Of a stretch of DNA of 64,000 nt, positions 1 through 9,626 are shown piece by piece. Each line of letters starts with the position of its first letter. The first letter of the stretch is position 1. The position numbers and the translations under genes are program-made. The stretch lies in contig JBBAWM010000003.1 of NCBI GenBank assembly GCA_040397175.1, positions 64,001 through 128,000 of the forward strand, read 5' to 3'. The stretch is from Candidatus Limnocylindrus sp. (GTDB lineage Bacteria; Chloroflexota; Limnocylindria; Limnocylindrales; Limnocylindraceae). The notes beneath the pieces are model-generated. The model was not told the DNA's origin and did not search any database. It worked only from the letters and a program-made list of their open reading frames with translations.

Positions 1-1
1 T

Positions 2-823
2 CAGGGCGGTGCCGCCGATGCGCTGGGCGGCTGGGGTATTCCCATGGCCACCGACATCGCCTTCGCCCTCGCCGTGCTCGCAGTGCTCGGTCGCGGACTG
101 CCAGCTGGCGTTCGCACCTTCCTGCTGACACTGGCAGTGGTCGACGATCTTGGCGCCATCCTTGTAATCGCACTCTTCTACTCCGCAGGACTGCACGCTG
201 AGTGGCTCGCGGTTGCCGTGGCGCTGTTGGCACTATTCGCGATTGCGCAGCGGCGGCGCATCACGTCACCGCTTATCTACGTACCCCTCGCACTTGGCAC
301 CTGGTACGCCGTGCACAGTGCTGGGATTCATCCAACGATCGCCGGCGTTGCCCTCGGGCTACTGATGCGCGTCAAGAATGATCGCGGCGAGGCAGAGGCG
401 CCAATCGATCGCGCGACCGCACGTTTCCATCCGATCAGCGCCGCAATTGCGGTGCCGCTCTTCGCCCTCTTCGCCGCGGCGGTCAATCTTCGCTCCATTG
501 ACCTCGGTGCGGTAACCGGTTCGCCCATTCTGCTTGGCGTACTTGTTGGCCTTGTCCTCGGTAAGCCAATCGGCATTCTCCTCGCCGCCCGGCTGGCGAC
601 CGCGCTGGGGGCGAAGCTCTCGGCTGGCATGCGCTGGATCGACATCGCCCTCGTTGGCGCACTTGGAGGGATCGGCTTCACCGTCTCGCTGCTTATTAGT
701 GAGCTCGCCTTTACCAACGAGGCATCACTTGGTGCTGCCAAGATTGGCGTCTTGATCGCGTCACTCGCCGCAGTTGCCCTCTCTGCTGTCGTTCTCGCCC
801 TGCGGCGATCACTCGCTCGCTAG
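2..823 (+). CDS. nhaA: Na+/H+ antiporter NhaA (5' truncated by window edge)
   Basis: GWGIPMATDIAFAL, LAVVDDLGAI and GIGFTVSL motifs; frame open to window start. Confidence 0.95.
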   Translation, partial: QGGAADALGGWGIPMATDIAFALAVLAVLGRGLPAGVRTFLLTLAVVDDLGAILVIALFYSAGLHAEWLAVAVALLALFAIAQRRRITSPLIYVPLALGTWYAVHSAGIHPTIAGVALGLLMRVKNDRGEAEAPIDRATARFHPISAAIAVPLFALFAAAVNLRSIDLGAVTGSPILLGVLVGLVLGKPIGILLAARLATALGAKLSAGMRWIDIALVGALGGIGFTVSLLISELAFTNEASLGAAKIGVLIASLAAVALSAVVLALRRSLAR

Positions 824-856
824 CCCAGCTCGATCGCGCTCGGCTATCCTCGCGCC

Positions 857-1348
857 ATGGAAAACACCACGTTGAACCGCACCCTGGAGCACATGGCCTG
901 GGCGAACACCCAGATGTTCACAGTGCTTGCAGCACTTCCTGTTGATGCGCTCGCCTACACCTCACCCGGCTCCGAATGGAGCGTGGGCGCCATTGCCCAC
1001 CACCTGGTCACCGCCGCCGAAAACTACGCCCAACGACTACATGGCGAGCCACGCGCCGAGAAGCGGGAGCTTCCCACCACCATCGCCGATCTCGCAGTCT
1101 TTGCTGCCGCCGCCAAGGTTGCCGACGCCAAGCTTCGTGCAGGCGCGCAGCTCCCGGGCGACGAGATCCTCACCTGGATCTCGTTTAGCGGCGAAGAGCT
1201 CTCGGTACCGCGCTGGGTGTTGGTGAACCAGGCCGTGCACCACGCCACCGAGCACCGCGCCCAGATCGCCGGTGCCCTCGCCGCGAACGGCAACACCACG
1301 CTTGATCTAGACGCGCTCGACGTCTGGACGTATAACGACGCCTTCTAG
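857..1348 (+). CDS. DinB/YfiT-family protein (putative thiol S-transferase)
   Basis: HMAWAN, IAHHL and HHATEHRAQ His pattern; TATCCT-6nt-ATG leaderless-type start. Confidence 0.8.
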   Translation: MENTTLNRTLEHMAWANTQMFTVLAALPVDALAYTSPGSEWSVGAIAHHLVTAAENYAQRLHGEPRAEKRELPTTIADLAVFAAAAKVADAKLRAGAQLPGDEILTWISFSGEELSVPRWVLVNQAVHHATEHRAQIAGALAANGNTTLDLDALDVWTYNDAF

Positions 1349-1383
1349 ACCGCTCGCGAAGCGCCGGAGCTAGCCTCCGCCTC

Positions 1384-2574
1384 TTACGCGTTCTGGTCGT
1401 GCGATAGAAAGAGCAGCCCCGTTGCTGGCTTTGGCGAGAAGTGCGTCGCCTTCTGGGGCATCACCTGTTGTGCGAGTGCCATCGATGTCACAAGTTCCGC
1501 TCGCTCTGGCGGAAGGAGCAGAGTGATTACTCCTTTGGTGCGTGATGCTTCAACTGCGTCAGTTACTCGTCGCTCGTAGCGCAGCACGCCTGCGGCAATA
1601 TCCGCCTTTGTGATTCCAAGGAGAGATCGAAGTAGATCCTCCACCCGCTGCGTGATCGGCTGCGCCTGTTGGCTTGGCGCCAGCGTGATAAGGTGCGCCA
1701 CTCCATTGGCGCAGAGCGCAAACTCCGCTCGCTCGCCGCGGTGCGCTTCGGAGAATTGCTCTGCCGCATCAGCCAGGTCAGCTGCCTGAACAGTGACTAC
1801 GTCGCTGCTCGCGCGAAGGGCGGTTAGGAATCGCTCGCTCTCGTACCCGCGCAGGATTCGGTGAGTGGCGTGCAGCGTTGGGCCAGCACCATCGGCCTCA
1901 ACGATGAGGCCCATCGTGGCCGCAGGGCCGTCGTGGCGCTCGGCATATTCGCGCGCTGCTTCATAGCGGTGATGCCCGTCGGCAATGATCAGCGGGGCGC
2001 CAGATGCCCAGTCCAGCAAGGCGCGACCTGCATCGCTCTCTGGCGCTACGTGCCAGAGCTGAATACGCGTGCCATCGGGTGCCGTTGTGCGCGTTACTGG
2101 TTGACCCGCTGCAACCTGCGCAAACGCGGTGCTAAATGTGGTCGCGCCCCCCGCGCGCAGCAGCAGGATCGGCGACAGGTTCGCGCGCGTTGCCGCGAGC
2201 AGTGCCAGCCGGCCTGCGCGTGGTGCATCGAGGGTGCGCTCGTGCCCATACACGCCAGTCGCTGGTCCGTATGCGCCAACTGGCACCGCGGCGAAGATGC
2301 CGCGCATAGTGACGCCGCTCTCGCTGACCCCTTCGTACAGGTAGATCGCAGGCTCGGCTTCGTCGATCAGCACGCCGCTTTTGCGCCAGTCTTGCCAGAG
2401 TGCCGCGGACTCTTCGGGGGAGTTTGAGGCGTCGAGCGCTGCCGAGTTGAGCGGCTCGCTCGCGCGCAAGCGTTGAATGACCTCTGCCTCTGCCGCGTCA
2501 TACGGCGGACTCAGGAGCGCATCAATCTGCTCGCGCGCGTAGCGCGTCGCCCGGAAGGGTCGTACGTTCGCCAT
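1384..2574 (-). CDS. DUF1015 family protein
   Basis: N-terminal VRPFRA, SPPYD, HERT, IADGHHRY and C-terminal MPQKATHFSPKP motifs. Confidence 0.85.
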   Translation of the reverse strand: MANVRPFRATRYAREQIDALLSPPYDAAEAEVIQRLRASEPLNSAALDASNSPEESAALWQDWRKSGVLIDEAEPAIYLYEGVSESGVTMRGIFAAVPVGAYGPATGVYGHERTLDAPRAGRLALLAATRANLSPILLLRAGGATTFSTAFAQVAAGQPVTRTTAPDGTRIQLWHVAPESDAGRALLDWASGAPLIIADGHHRYEAAREYAERHDGPAATMGLIVEADGAGPTLHATHRILRGYESERFLTALRASSDVVTVQAADLADAAEQFSEAHRGERAEFALCANGVAHLITLAPSQQAQPITQRVEDLLRSLLGITKADIAAGVLRYERRVTDAVEASRTKGVITLLLPPERAELVTSMALAQQVMPQKATHFSPKPATGLLFLSHDQNA

Positions 2575-2594
2575 GAGCGTCTAACGCCGCTGCG

Positions 2595-3959
2595 TTACGG
2601 CTTTGGCAGGTCGTTGAGCGCAGCCTCGATCTTGCTCTGCTCAAGGCTCAAGTCCTCGAGCTTGCCAGCGAGGTAGTTCTCATACGCCGCCAGGTCGAGA
2701 AAGCCGTGCCCGCAATTGTTGAAGACAATCACGGTCTCCTTCCCCTCGACCTTGGCGATCAGCGCCTCACGAACCGCCGCCGCAATGGCGTGGTTCGCCT
2801 CTGGCGCTGGCAGGATCCCCTCTGCGCGGGTGAACTCCACGCCACGCTCGAAGGTTTCGCGTTGCGGAATGGCGACCGCCTCGATGGCGCCCTTCTCCTT
2901 TAGGAGAGAGACCAGCGGGGCCATGCCGTGATAGCGCAACCCACCGGCGTGGATTGGATCTGGCATGAAGGCCGAACCAAGCGTGTGCATCTTCACCATT
3001 GGAGCCATATGCGCCGTGTCGCCGTAGTCATACGCATAGATGCCGCGGGTCAGCGATGGTGCCGCCGTCGGCTCCGCCGCAATCACGCGCACTTTGCGGC
3101 CGCCGCGGAAGGCGGCGCCCAAGAACGGGAAGGTGAACCCGGCAAAGTTCGAACCGCCGCCGGTGCAGCCGACCAAGATGTCGGGCTCAACGTCCGCCAT
3201 CTCCAGCTGCAGCTGCGTCTCCTGCCCGATCACCGTCTGGTGCAGCAGCACGTGATTGAGCACCGAACCGAGTGCGTACTTGGTGTCGTCGCGCGTGGCA
3301 GCATCTTCGACCGCCTCGCTAATCGCCATGCCAAGTGAACCGGTCGTGTGTGGGTCAGAAGCGAGCACCGAGCGACCGTAGTTCGTGTCGGGGCTTGGAC
3401 TTGCAACCACCTTCGCGCCGTACGTCTCCATAAGGATGCGGCGATACGGCTTCGCGTCGTAGCTCCCTCGCACCTGGTAGACCTTGATCTCCAGGCCGAA
3501 CATTGCTCCTGCGAACGCGAGTGACGTGCCCCACTGGCCTGCGCCTGTCTCGGTTGCTAGTCGCTTCACACCCTCTTGCGCGTTGTAGAACGCCTGCGCA
3601 ATGGCGGTATTCGGCTTGTGGCTGCCCGCTGGGCTTACACCCTCGTACTTGTAGAAGATCTTCGCTGGCGTGCCCAGCAGCTTCTCGAGTCGATGCGCGC
3701 GATAGAGCGGGCTCGGTCGGTAGAGGCGGTACGCGTCGCGCACCGGCTCTGGAATCTCAATCTCTCGTTCCGTCGAAACCTCTTGACCAATGAGTGCCAT
3801 TGGAAAGAGTGGGGCGAGATCATCGGGGCCGAGGGGCTGGCCGGTCTGAGGATTCAGCGCCGGCGATTGTGGCCACGGAAGATCCGCCGCGATGTTGTAC
3901 CAGGCCTTAGGCATCCGATTTTCGTCGAGCACGAATTTCGTCTGCTTTGGGTCGGCCAC
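2595..3959 (-). CDS. trpB2: Tryptophan synthase beta chain type 2 (TrpB-like PLP enzyme)
   Basis: GSHKPNTA, ETGAGQWG and GGGSN motifs; start revised to GTG at 3959 with GGAGG RBS (the 4340 extension overlaps the next gene). Confidence 0.92.
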   Translation of the reverse strand: MADPKQTKFVLDENRMPKAWYNIAADLPWPQSPALNPQTGQPLGPDDLAPLFPMALIGQEVSTEREIEIPEPVRDAYRLYRPSPLYRAHRLEKLLGTPAKIFYKYEGVSPAGSHKPNTAIAQAFYNAQEGVKRLATETGAGQWGTSLAFAGAMFGLEIKVYQVRGSYDAKPYRRILMETYGAKVVASPSPDTNYGRSVLASDPHTTGSLGMAISEAVEDAATRDDTKYALGSVLNHVLLHQTVIGQETQLQLEMADVEPDILVGCTGGGSNFAGFTFPFLGAAFRGGRKVRVIAAEPTAAPSLTRGIYAYDYGDTAHMAPMVKMHTLGSAFMPDPIHAGGLRYHGMAPLVSLLKEKGAIEAVAIPQRETFERGVEFTRAEGILPAPEANHAIAAAVREALIAKVEGKETVIVFNNCGHGFLDLAAYENYLAGKLEDLSLEQSKIEAALNDLPKP

Positions 3960-4094
3960 GATACACCTCCGTATTAATGACAGCGCCTCAGGGGAAGCCC
4001 CCCAATGATCATCTGACTCGACGGAGTATACGAGAGCCGAGCACGGCGCTTCAGGAGCAACGCATTTACGTTGGCGCGGTAGTATTTCGCCGTC

Positions 4095-4649
4095 ATGACA
4101 ACACTTCACAACCGAACTGCAACTGCGCTCCTGATCATCGACGTGCAGGTTGGCGTGGTTGGCGCCGCCCACCAGCGCGACGCCGTGATCGCCAACATCC
4201 AAACGCTCCTCGCCGCCGCCCGTGCCGCCGGCACGCCCGTAATCTGGGTGGCGCACTCCGAAGAGCAGATGCCCATCGGCAGCGACGCCTGGCAGTACGT
4301 ACCCGAGCTCGTGCGACTTGAGAACGAACCGCTCGTGCACAAACTCTACGGCGACTCATTCGAGGCGACTGACCTGGAGGCGGACCTTGCCGCAGCAAAT
4401 GTGGCGCACCTGGTGGTGGTCGGCGCACAGACCGACGCCTGCATTCGCTCAACGATTCACGGCGCGTTCACGCGCGGCTACGACGTGACGCTGGTCAGCG
4501 ACGCCCACACCACAGAGGACATGACCGAGTGGGGTGCGCCGCCTCCTGACGTGATCGTCAAGCACACCAACATGTACTGGGGCTTCCAGTCGGCGCCCGG
4601 GCGAACGGCGAAGGTTGTGACTACCGCCGAGGTGGCGTTCTCCGCCTAG
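4095..4649 (+). CDS. Isochorismatase-family cysteine hydrolase
   Basis: ALLIIDVQ, K-x-YGDSF and GAQTDACIRST (D-K-C triad). Confidence 0.9.
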   Translation: MTTLHNRTATALLIIDVQVGVVGAAHQRDAVIANIQTLLAAARAAGTPVIWVAHSEEQMPIGSDAWQYVPELVRLENEPLVHKLYGDSFEATDLEADLAAANVAHLVVVGAQTDACIRSTIHGAFTRGYDVTLVSDAHTTEDMTEWGAPPPDVIVKHTNMYWGFQSAPGRTAKVVTTAEVAFSA

Positions 4650-4653
4650 CTCG

Positions 4654-5130
4654 TTACCCCTTGCGCTCGCGCGCCGTCTCGGTTTTTGGCGTCACCGGCT
4701 TCATCCCGACCGCACCGCCGAGCCCAAAACCTGCGGGCATATCGGCATAGAGCGTCTCAACCTCACCGGGTCGAACAATGTAGGTCTCGTGAAAGATGCC
4801 CACGGCGCCAGTGCCGCTGGTTGCACGCTTGTAGAAGGCGGTCCATGCCGGTCGGTGCTTTCGATCGCTCATCGACGCATAGGCCTCCAGCGCCTCGAAT
4901 GACTTCCAGTACTGGATCACCGTAATCGTGCGACCCGCTATTTCGGTGCGGGCGCTCAAGAAGCCGAGCTCGGGGTTCTTGTACAGCTCTGCAATCATGG
5001 TTGGCATCGCGAGAAAAGCAGGGAACCACTCCCACACGCGCCAGAGCGTGTTGATGCGCATGCCGATCAGGAAGAGCACGAGTGGCTCCTTGACGTCGGC
5101 CATCGTGCGAGTTGGAAGGTGCTTTGCCAC
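4654..5130 (-). CDS. DUF4188 domain protein (monooxygenase-like ferredoxin fold)
   Basis: FLIGMRIN, QYWKSFEALEAYA, HRPAW and VGIFHETY motifs; AGGAG RBS before GTG at 5130. Confidence 0.85.
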   Translation of the reverse strand: MAKHLPTRTMADVKEPLVLFLIGMRINTLWRVWEWFPAFLAMPTMIAELYKNPELGFLSARTEIAGRTITVIQYWKSFEALEAYASMSDRKHRPAWTAFYKRATSGTGAVGIFHETYIVRPGEVETLYADMPAGFGLGGAVGMKPVTPKTETARERKG

Positions 5131-5298
5131 GTGTACTCCTCTTTCTGTGTCACAAGTGCAATTACTCGCCAGATGACGACATTGGCTCTCGCGCAGCGTA
5201 GATGAATGGAATCGTCGCATGGATCAGCACCAGCGAAGCCGAGTGGTAGGGTTCGGCCGAGGGCCCACATGGACGCCCATCACCCATTAGGAGTACAC

Positions 5299-5574
5299 AT
5301 GTCGACATTCATCGTCGTTTGTAGTTTCAAGCCCGACACAACGGAAGAGGCAACTCGGGCGCTCGTGCCTGCGGAGCAAGCCGCAGCCAGCGCCCTCCAA
5401 GCGGCTGGCCGACTTGGAGCAATTCACATCGCCCCACCGCCACGGCGCAAGGTGTTCATTGAGGTCATTGCGAACGATCTTGCCGCGGCAGAGCAGACCG
5501 TTCATGAGCTGCCCATGGCAACGCTGTGGGACCTCGATACCTACCCGGTTGTCGCGCCGCCTCCAACGGCGTAG
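5299..5574 (+). CDS. Muconolactone isomerase/YCII-like small protein
   Basis: 91 aa with LVPAEQA...LPMA pattern; AGGAG RBS before ATG at 5299. Confidence 0.6.
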   Translation: MSTFIVVCSFKPDTTEEATRALVPAEQAAASALQAAGRLGAIHIAPPPRRKVFIEVIANDLAAAEQTVHELPMATLWDLDTYPVVAPPPTA

Positions 5575-5632
5575 GTCTCGCGGGGGGGGCATGCCGCGAA
5601 CGGATGCTAGCCTCCCACTCAAAGGAGGAGGC

Positions 5633-6364
5633 ATGGTGGAAGAGTCGTTAAAGCACGAGGCACGCGAGGCGGCGCTCGCTCGCTTGCGCACCGTTGCGCG
5701 CCCAGACCATCGCCACCACTGGGACCTCGCGGAATTCATTGCCGACTTCGAAGGGAGCGCCGATGCAACCGTGCGACTCCTTGCCCTCGACGCGTATCGC
5801 TCTGCGCGTGTGGTGTTCGTGACGCCAGACAATGGCTTGCGTCGACTGCGTGAACAGGTGCTCCATGACGGAAAGCGGCTTCTTGTCAGTACCTGCGGCA
5901 TTGGACGCGGATTTCTTGGCGTTGATGGTGCCGCCCTCACACGTGAACAGGCGGTACTTGCGAGCACCATGGAAGGGATCGACGAGCTCGCGCACGCCGT
6001 CACCCTCGCCGAAGTTGCACGGGAATGGCAGCCAACGCTCTTGATCACCGGCGCACTGGCCGTAACGCGTGATGGGCTGAGACTCGGTAAGGGGCGGGGC
6101 TACTTCGACCTTGAGTGGGCGCTGCTCTGCACGGCAGGCGCAGTGCAACGAGATGCAACGGTGATCACCCTCGTGCACGATGTCCAGGTAACCGAAGAGA
6201 CGTTGCCGACTGCGGAGCACGATGTGATCTCTGACTGGATCGTCACGCCGTCAGCCGCAATCGCCACTGGTCGAACGGGGATGCGCAGCGGTGCGATTGA
6301 GTGGGACCGCTTAAGTGCCGAGAAGATCGCCGCGACGCCGCCGCTCCAAGAACTCTCGCGCTAG
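5633..6364 (+). CDS. 5-formyltetrahydrofolate cyclo-ligase family protein (COG0212 paralog type)
   Basis: FVTPDN, RLGKGRGYFDLEW and HDV...DWIVTP motifs; AAAGGAGGAGG RBS. Confidence 0.85.
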   Translation: MVEESLKHEAREAALARLRTVARPDHRHHWDLAEFIADFEGSADATVRLLALDAYRSARVVFVTPDNGLRRLREQVLHDGKRLLVSTCGIGRGFLGVDGAALTREQAVLASTMEGIDELAHAVTLAEVAREWQPTLLITGALAVTRDGLRLGKGRGYFDLEWALLCTAGAVQRDATVITLVHDVQVTEETLPTAEHDVISDWIVTPSAAIATGRTGMRSGAIEWDRLSAEKIAATPPLQELSR

Positions 6365-6479
6365 TCTCGCCGCTCGGCAATGATGGGGCCGTCTACGCCG
6401 ACCTTGTGGCAGCCGGCGCACCTAAGGGTCCGTAGGGAGCACACTTAGCGGTCTCGCTCCGCTACAATCCCCCTCCGGC

Positions 6480-6554
6480 GCCGATGTAGCTCAGTGGTAG
6501 AGCAGCTGTTTCGTAAACAGCAGGTCGTGAGTTCAATCCTCACCATCGGCTCCA
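6480..6554 (+). tRNA. tRNA-Thr(CGT)
   Basis: GCCGATG/CATCGGC acceptor stem, GCTGT-TTCGTAA-ACAGC anticodon arm, GTTCAATC T-loop, encoded CCA; TACAAT upstream. Confidence 0.97.
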
Positions 6555-6558
6555 GCCC

Positions 6559-7614
6559 CTACGGCTGGTTGACCGGGACTCCCATCCACTTGGCCAACAC
6601 GGCCGCCGAGTAGCGCCCGTCGTGATACTTCCGGGCGAAGGCTTGGCCTGCGGCGGCGCGAGCGGCCCAGGTGGAGCGATCGGCAACGAGGTCGCGCAGC
6701 ACGCCTTCGAAGGTGGTCGTCATGGCATCGATCACCGGGTGTTCCGGCAGGATCTTGCGTGAGCGGTCGCCAACAGCACCAATCACCAGTCGGCCCGAAG
6801 CGAGCGCCTCTGCGGCGAAGACGCCTGTCGCCCCAAAGCCAACCTTGTCGATGACGATGTCGGCCCAAAGCACCTGCGCACGAACCTCTTCCGGTGGAAT
6901 GCCGGCCACGCTTCGATAGTCAATGAGTCCTTCAGCATCAAGGGCGGAACAGATCTTATCGATCACTTCGCTCTGCGAGAAGGCTCGCCGCGTCCACATG
7001 TGCAACACCTTTGGGCGCGAAGTCGTCACGTCGATCGGCGGCGCAGGGGCAAGCCACCCCGGGGCGATCACCACGGGGAGCCAGGTTGCTCGCGCCACAT
7101 AGGCGTGCAGGTCGAGCGTCGTGATGAAGGTTGTTCCCAGCCAGAAGCGAAGGCGACTACGACGCGCTGAAACGAGTCGCTCAAGTTGCTCAGTCAGCCC
7201 ATCGTTGCTCTGGTGAAATGGGGAGTCAGGGTTTCCGGCCCGATGCTTGCTGGGGAGTCGAATATCGCTGCCGTGGAACAGCATCGCTGTGCGCACCCCG
7301 CGAAGCCGTCGCCCATAGGCGTCTTGGATCACGCGTCGCATTGATCGAGCAGAACCGAACGGCTGACCGCTCTCGTTGATCACATGGGTAAATCGTGTGG
7401 CGATCTCCCTGACCAGCGCCGCATGCTCTTGCGCATCGCGGATCTCTGGCTGGAGCACGCGCTCTACCTGATACGGGTAGGCCTCATCGCCGAGCTTCGC
7501 CTTCCACACCTCGGCCTCCACGCCAAGGAGAGCACGCACGGTCGATGCCCAGGTGCTCGCCTGGCCAACGGTGTTGGTTGGTCCAATGAGAAGGCGTGCC
7601 TCTGAGTGCTTCAC
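6559..7614 (-). CDS. Glycosyltransferase (GT-B, family 1/4-like)
   Basis: LFHGSDIRLP and ADIVIDK...EALASGR motifs; TATACT-7nt-GTG suggests start at 7614. Confidence 0.75.
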   Translation of the reverse strand: MKHSEARLLIGPTNTVGQASTWASTVRALLGVEAEVWKAKLGDEAYPYQVERVLQPEIRDAQEHAALVREIATRFTHVINESGQPFGSARSMRRVIQDAYGRRLRGVRTAMLFHGSDIRLPSKHRAGNPDSPFHQSNDGLTEQLERLVSARRSRLRFWLGTTFITTLDLHAYVARATWLPVVIAPGWLAPAPPIDVTTSRPKVLHMWTRRAFSQSEVIDKICSALDAEGLIDYRSVAGIPPEEVRAQVLWADIVIDKVGFGATGVFAAEALASGRLVIGAVGDRSRKILPEHPVIDAMTTTFEGVLRDLVADRSTWAARAAAGQAFARKYHDGRYSAAVLAKWMGVPVNQP

Positions 7615-7733
7615 ACGCACGAGTATAGATACCTCCACACGCCACCTTGCGGTCCGATGATACGGAGGAGGCGAAACCCATCCGCTACCATTACGGTACG
7701 TGGGGCACCCGCCTCACCAGCGATGGAGGAGCC

Positions 7734-8681
7734 TTGGATCCGATACTCCTGACGGGTTTTGTCGCCTTTGTCGGATTCGCCCTCTTCATCGATCTCTTCT
7801 GGCTGCGCCGCAAGGGCTCGCACATTGTGCCGCCAAAAGAGGCCCTGACCTTCACCGCGATCTGGGTGGCTTCGGCGATCGTGTTTGGGCTGATCGTATG
7901 GTTTGAGAAGAGTGCGGAGACCGGACAGGCCTTCTTTACCGGCTACCTCATTGAATACTCGCTCTCCATCGACAACATCTTTGTCTTCACCATGATCTTT
8001 GCTGCGCTAAAAACTCCGAAGCGGCTCCAGCAGAAGGCGCTGATCTACGGCATCATCATGTCGCTTGTCATGCGGTTCGGCATGATTCTCGTAGGAGCCG
8101 CGCTCGTAGACCGCTTTGAGATCGTCTTGTATGGCTTTGGCGTGTTCCTTCTACTCACCGGAATTCAGATGGTGCTGAAGGACGGCCATATGATGGGCGA
8201 GGGCGAGCCCAGCGCCATTCGTTTTGCTCGTCGATTTGTGCATGTCAGCACCGACTTTGATTCCGAGCGATTCAGGGTGCGCCACGGATCCAAGCTCATG
8301 TGGACGCCGCTCTTCTTGGCGATCGTTGTTATTGGAATTATTGACCTGGTCTTCGCGGTGGACTCAATCCCAGCCATCTTCGGCATCACCAAGGACCCCT
8401 TCGTCGTATTCACCGCCAATGCGTTTGCCATCCTCGGGCTCCGATCTCTCTACTTCCTACTCGCTGACGCGAAGGATCGCTTTCACTACCTACCGAAGGG
8501 ACTCGGTTTGGTCTTGATCTTCATTGGGGCAAAGATGGCCGTGCCGATCGTGCACGCACTGGTGCCAGAGGTCGATGTGCACATTGATCCGCTCCTGAGC
8601 CTGCTCGTTGTCGTTGGCATCCTCGGTGGATCCATACTCCTCTCACTGCTGCGACCAGTCGCGTTGCGCAAGGGGCGCTGA
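7734..8681 (+). CDS. TerC/Alx family metal homeostasis membrane protein
   Basis: EYSLSIDNIFVF, DLVFAVDSIPAIFGIT and FAILGLRSLYF motifs; GGAGG RBS before TTG at 7734. Confidence 0.93.
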   Translation: MDPILLTGFVAFVGFALFIDLFWLRRKGSHIVPPKEALTFTAIWVASAIVFGLIVWFEKSAETGQAFFTGYLIEYSLSIDNIFVFTMIFAALKTPKRLQQKALIYGIIMSLVMRFGMILVGAALVDRFEIVLYGFGVFLLLTGIQMVLKDGHMMGEGEPSAIRFARRFVHVSTDFDSERFRVRHGSKLMWTPLFLAIVVIGIIDLVFAVDSIPAIFGITKDPFVVFTANAFAILGLRSLYFLLADAKDRFHYLPKGLGLVLIFIGAKMAVPIVHALVPEVDVHIDPLLSLLVVVGILGGSILLSLLRPVALRKGR

Positions 8682-8705
8682 AAGCACCAGCCGGGCGGCG
8701 GACAC

Positions 8706-8741
8706 AAAAGTGCCGCTGGCAGGAGGACCACCAGCGGCACT
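8706..8741 (-). terminator. Intrinsic terminator between convergent terC and DUF5666 genes
   Basis: AGTGCCGCTGG/CCAGCGGCACT 11-bp stem followed by TTTT on minus strand. Confidence 0.65.
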
Positions 8742-8764
8742 CTACGAGAGGGCTATCGCGTTCG

Positions 8765-9517
8765 TTACTTGATGATCAGCACCGACTCTGCCGCGACCGT
8801 GCCCCGGCCAAGATCCACAGTGACACGAGCGCCAACGGTCAGGTCAGCGATTGTTGCGGTTGCGATCTTGCTGATCGACGTAGTGGCGCCGATCGTGACC
8901 GTGATGGTCTTGGTGCCACGGGGCATGACGACCTCGAGCGTTAGCGTGTTTCCGTTTACCGCGGTGACCTTCGCTGGGCGACCGAGGTGGAGATGAGCCG
9001 TGGTGAGCCCGTTGGTCAAGACACTGATATTGGTGACCTCTTGCGTTGTGCTGCGACCAGGCAGCTTTGCCGCAACAAGCACGTAGGAACCAACGGTCAC
9101 ATCGGTGGAAGAACCTGAAGACTGCGTGAAGTATTGGCTGGTGCCGTCAAGCGTTGCCGTCGTCGTCGTGCCATCAGCAGACGTGACCGATAGTTCGGTT
9201 GCGGACGCACTTGCGACCGTACCAACCAGGTCGGCAACGGCTCGTGGCCCGCGATCCCCCTGGTGCCTTCCGCCAGCGTGGTCGCCGTGCATCTCCATGC
9301 GAGCTTCCATCCCTGGACCTGGTAGTCGGCCGTCGCCGCCCTTAGGCCCATCATGCGCGAGCGTTGTTCCGGCAAGTGCGCCAGCTGCCACAAGGGCCGC
9401 CGCGCCCAAAACGGTTGGCAAGTTGTTGCGAATGCCGCTAAAGCGCGACGGCGAAACCACCTGCTTCACCTCCGGCGCTGACCGCTCTGTCGGGGCGAGC
9501 TTTACGACTCGTGCCAT
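8765..9517 (-). CDS. Membrane-anchored/secreted protein with tandem OB-fold (DUF5666-like) domains
   Basis: One TM segment, Gly/His-rich linker, two 'GTVASA...DVTVGSYV / DLTVGARV' repeats; AAGGAG RBS. Confidence 0.6.
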   Translation of the reverse strand: MARVVKLAPTERSAPEVKQVVSPSRFSGIRNNLPTVLGAAALVAAGALAGTTLAHDGPKGGDGRLPGPGMEARMEMHGDHAGGRHQGDRGPRAVADLVGTVASASATELSVTSADGTTTTATLDGTSQYFTQSSGSSTDVTVGSYVLVAAKLPGRSTTQEVTNISVLTNGLTTAHLHLGRPAKVTAVNGNTLTLEVVMPRGTKTITVTIGATTSISKIATATIADLTVGARVTVDLGRGTVAAESVLIIK

Positions 9518-9626
9518 GGGTTGCTCCTTCCAGATCTTCGAGGGCATCTCCCTCGTTCTCACCCATTCTGCGCCCCGCGCATTAGCGCTTTCTTTGTTGA
9601 GCATTGGAATGCGCCAAACTACCTCC

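Noticed and set aside
3960-4340. N-terminal extension of TrpB2 in the ORF track
   Set aside because: Antisense shadow of the isochorismatase gene; a good SD supports GTG at 3959
5582-5589. Poly-G tracts (G8 here, G7 near 42686) as phase-variation sites
   Set aside because: Short, intergenic and expected at this GC content; no evidence without reads
6365-6470. Fluoride riboswitch suggested by GGCAATGATG
   Set aside because: Downstream pseudoknot elements are absent, and the next gene is a tRNA with its own TACAAT
7640-7733. yybP-ykoY Mn riboswitch before terC
   Set aside because: No GGGGAGUAG core; TACCAT at 7686 leaves only a ~35-nt leader
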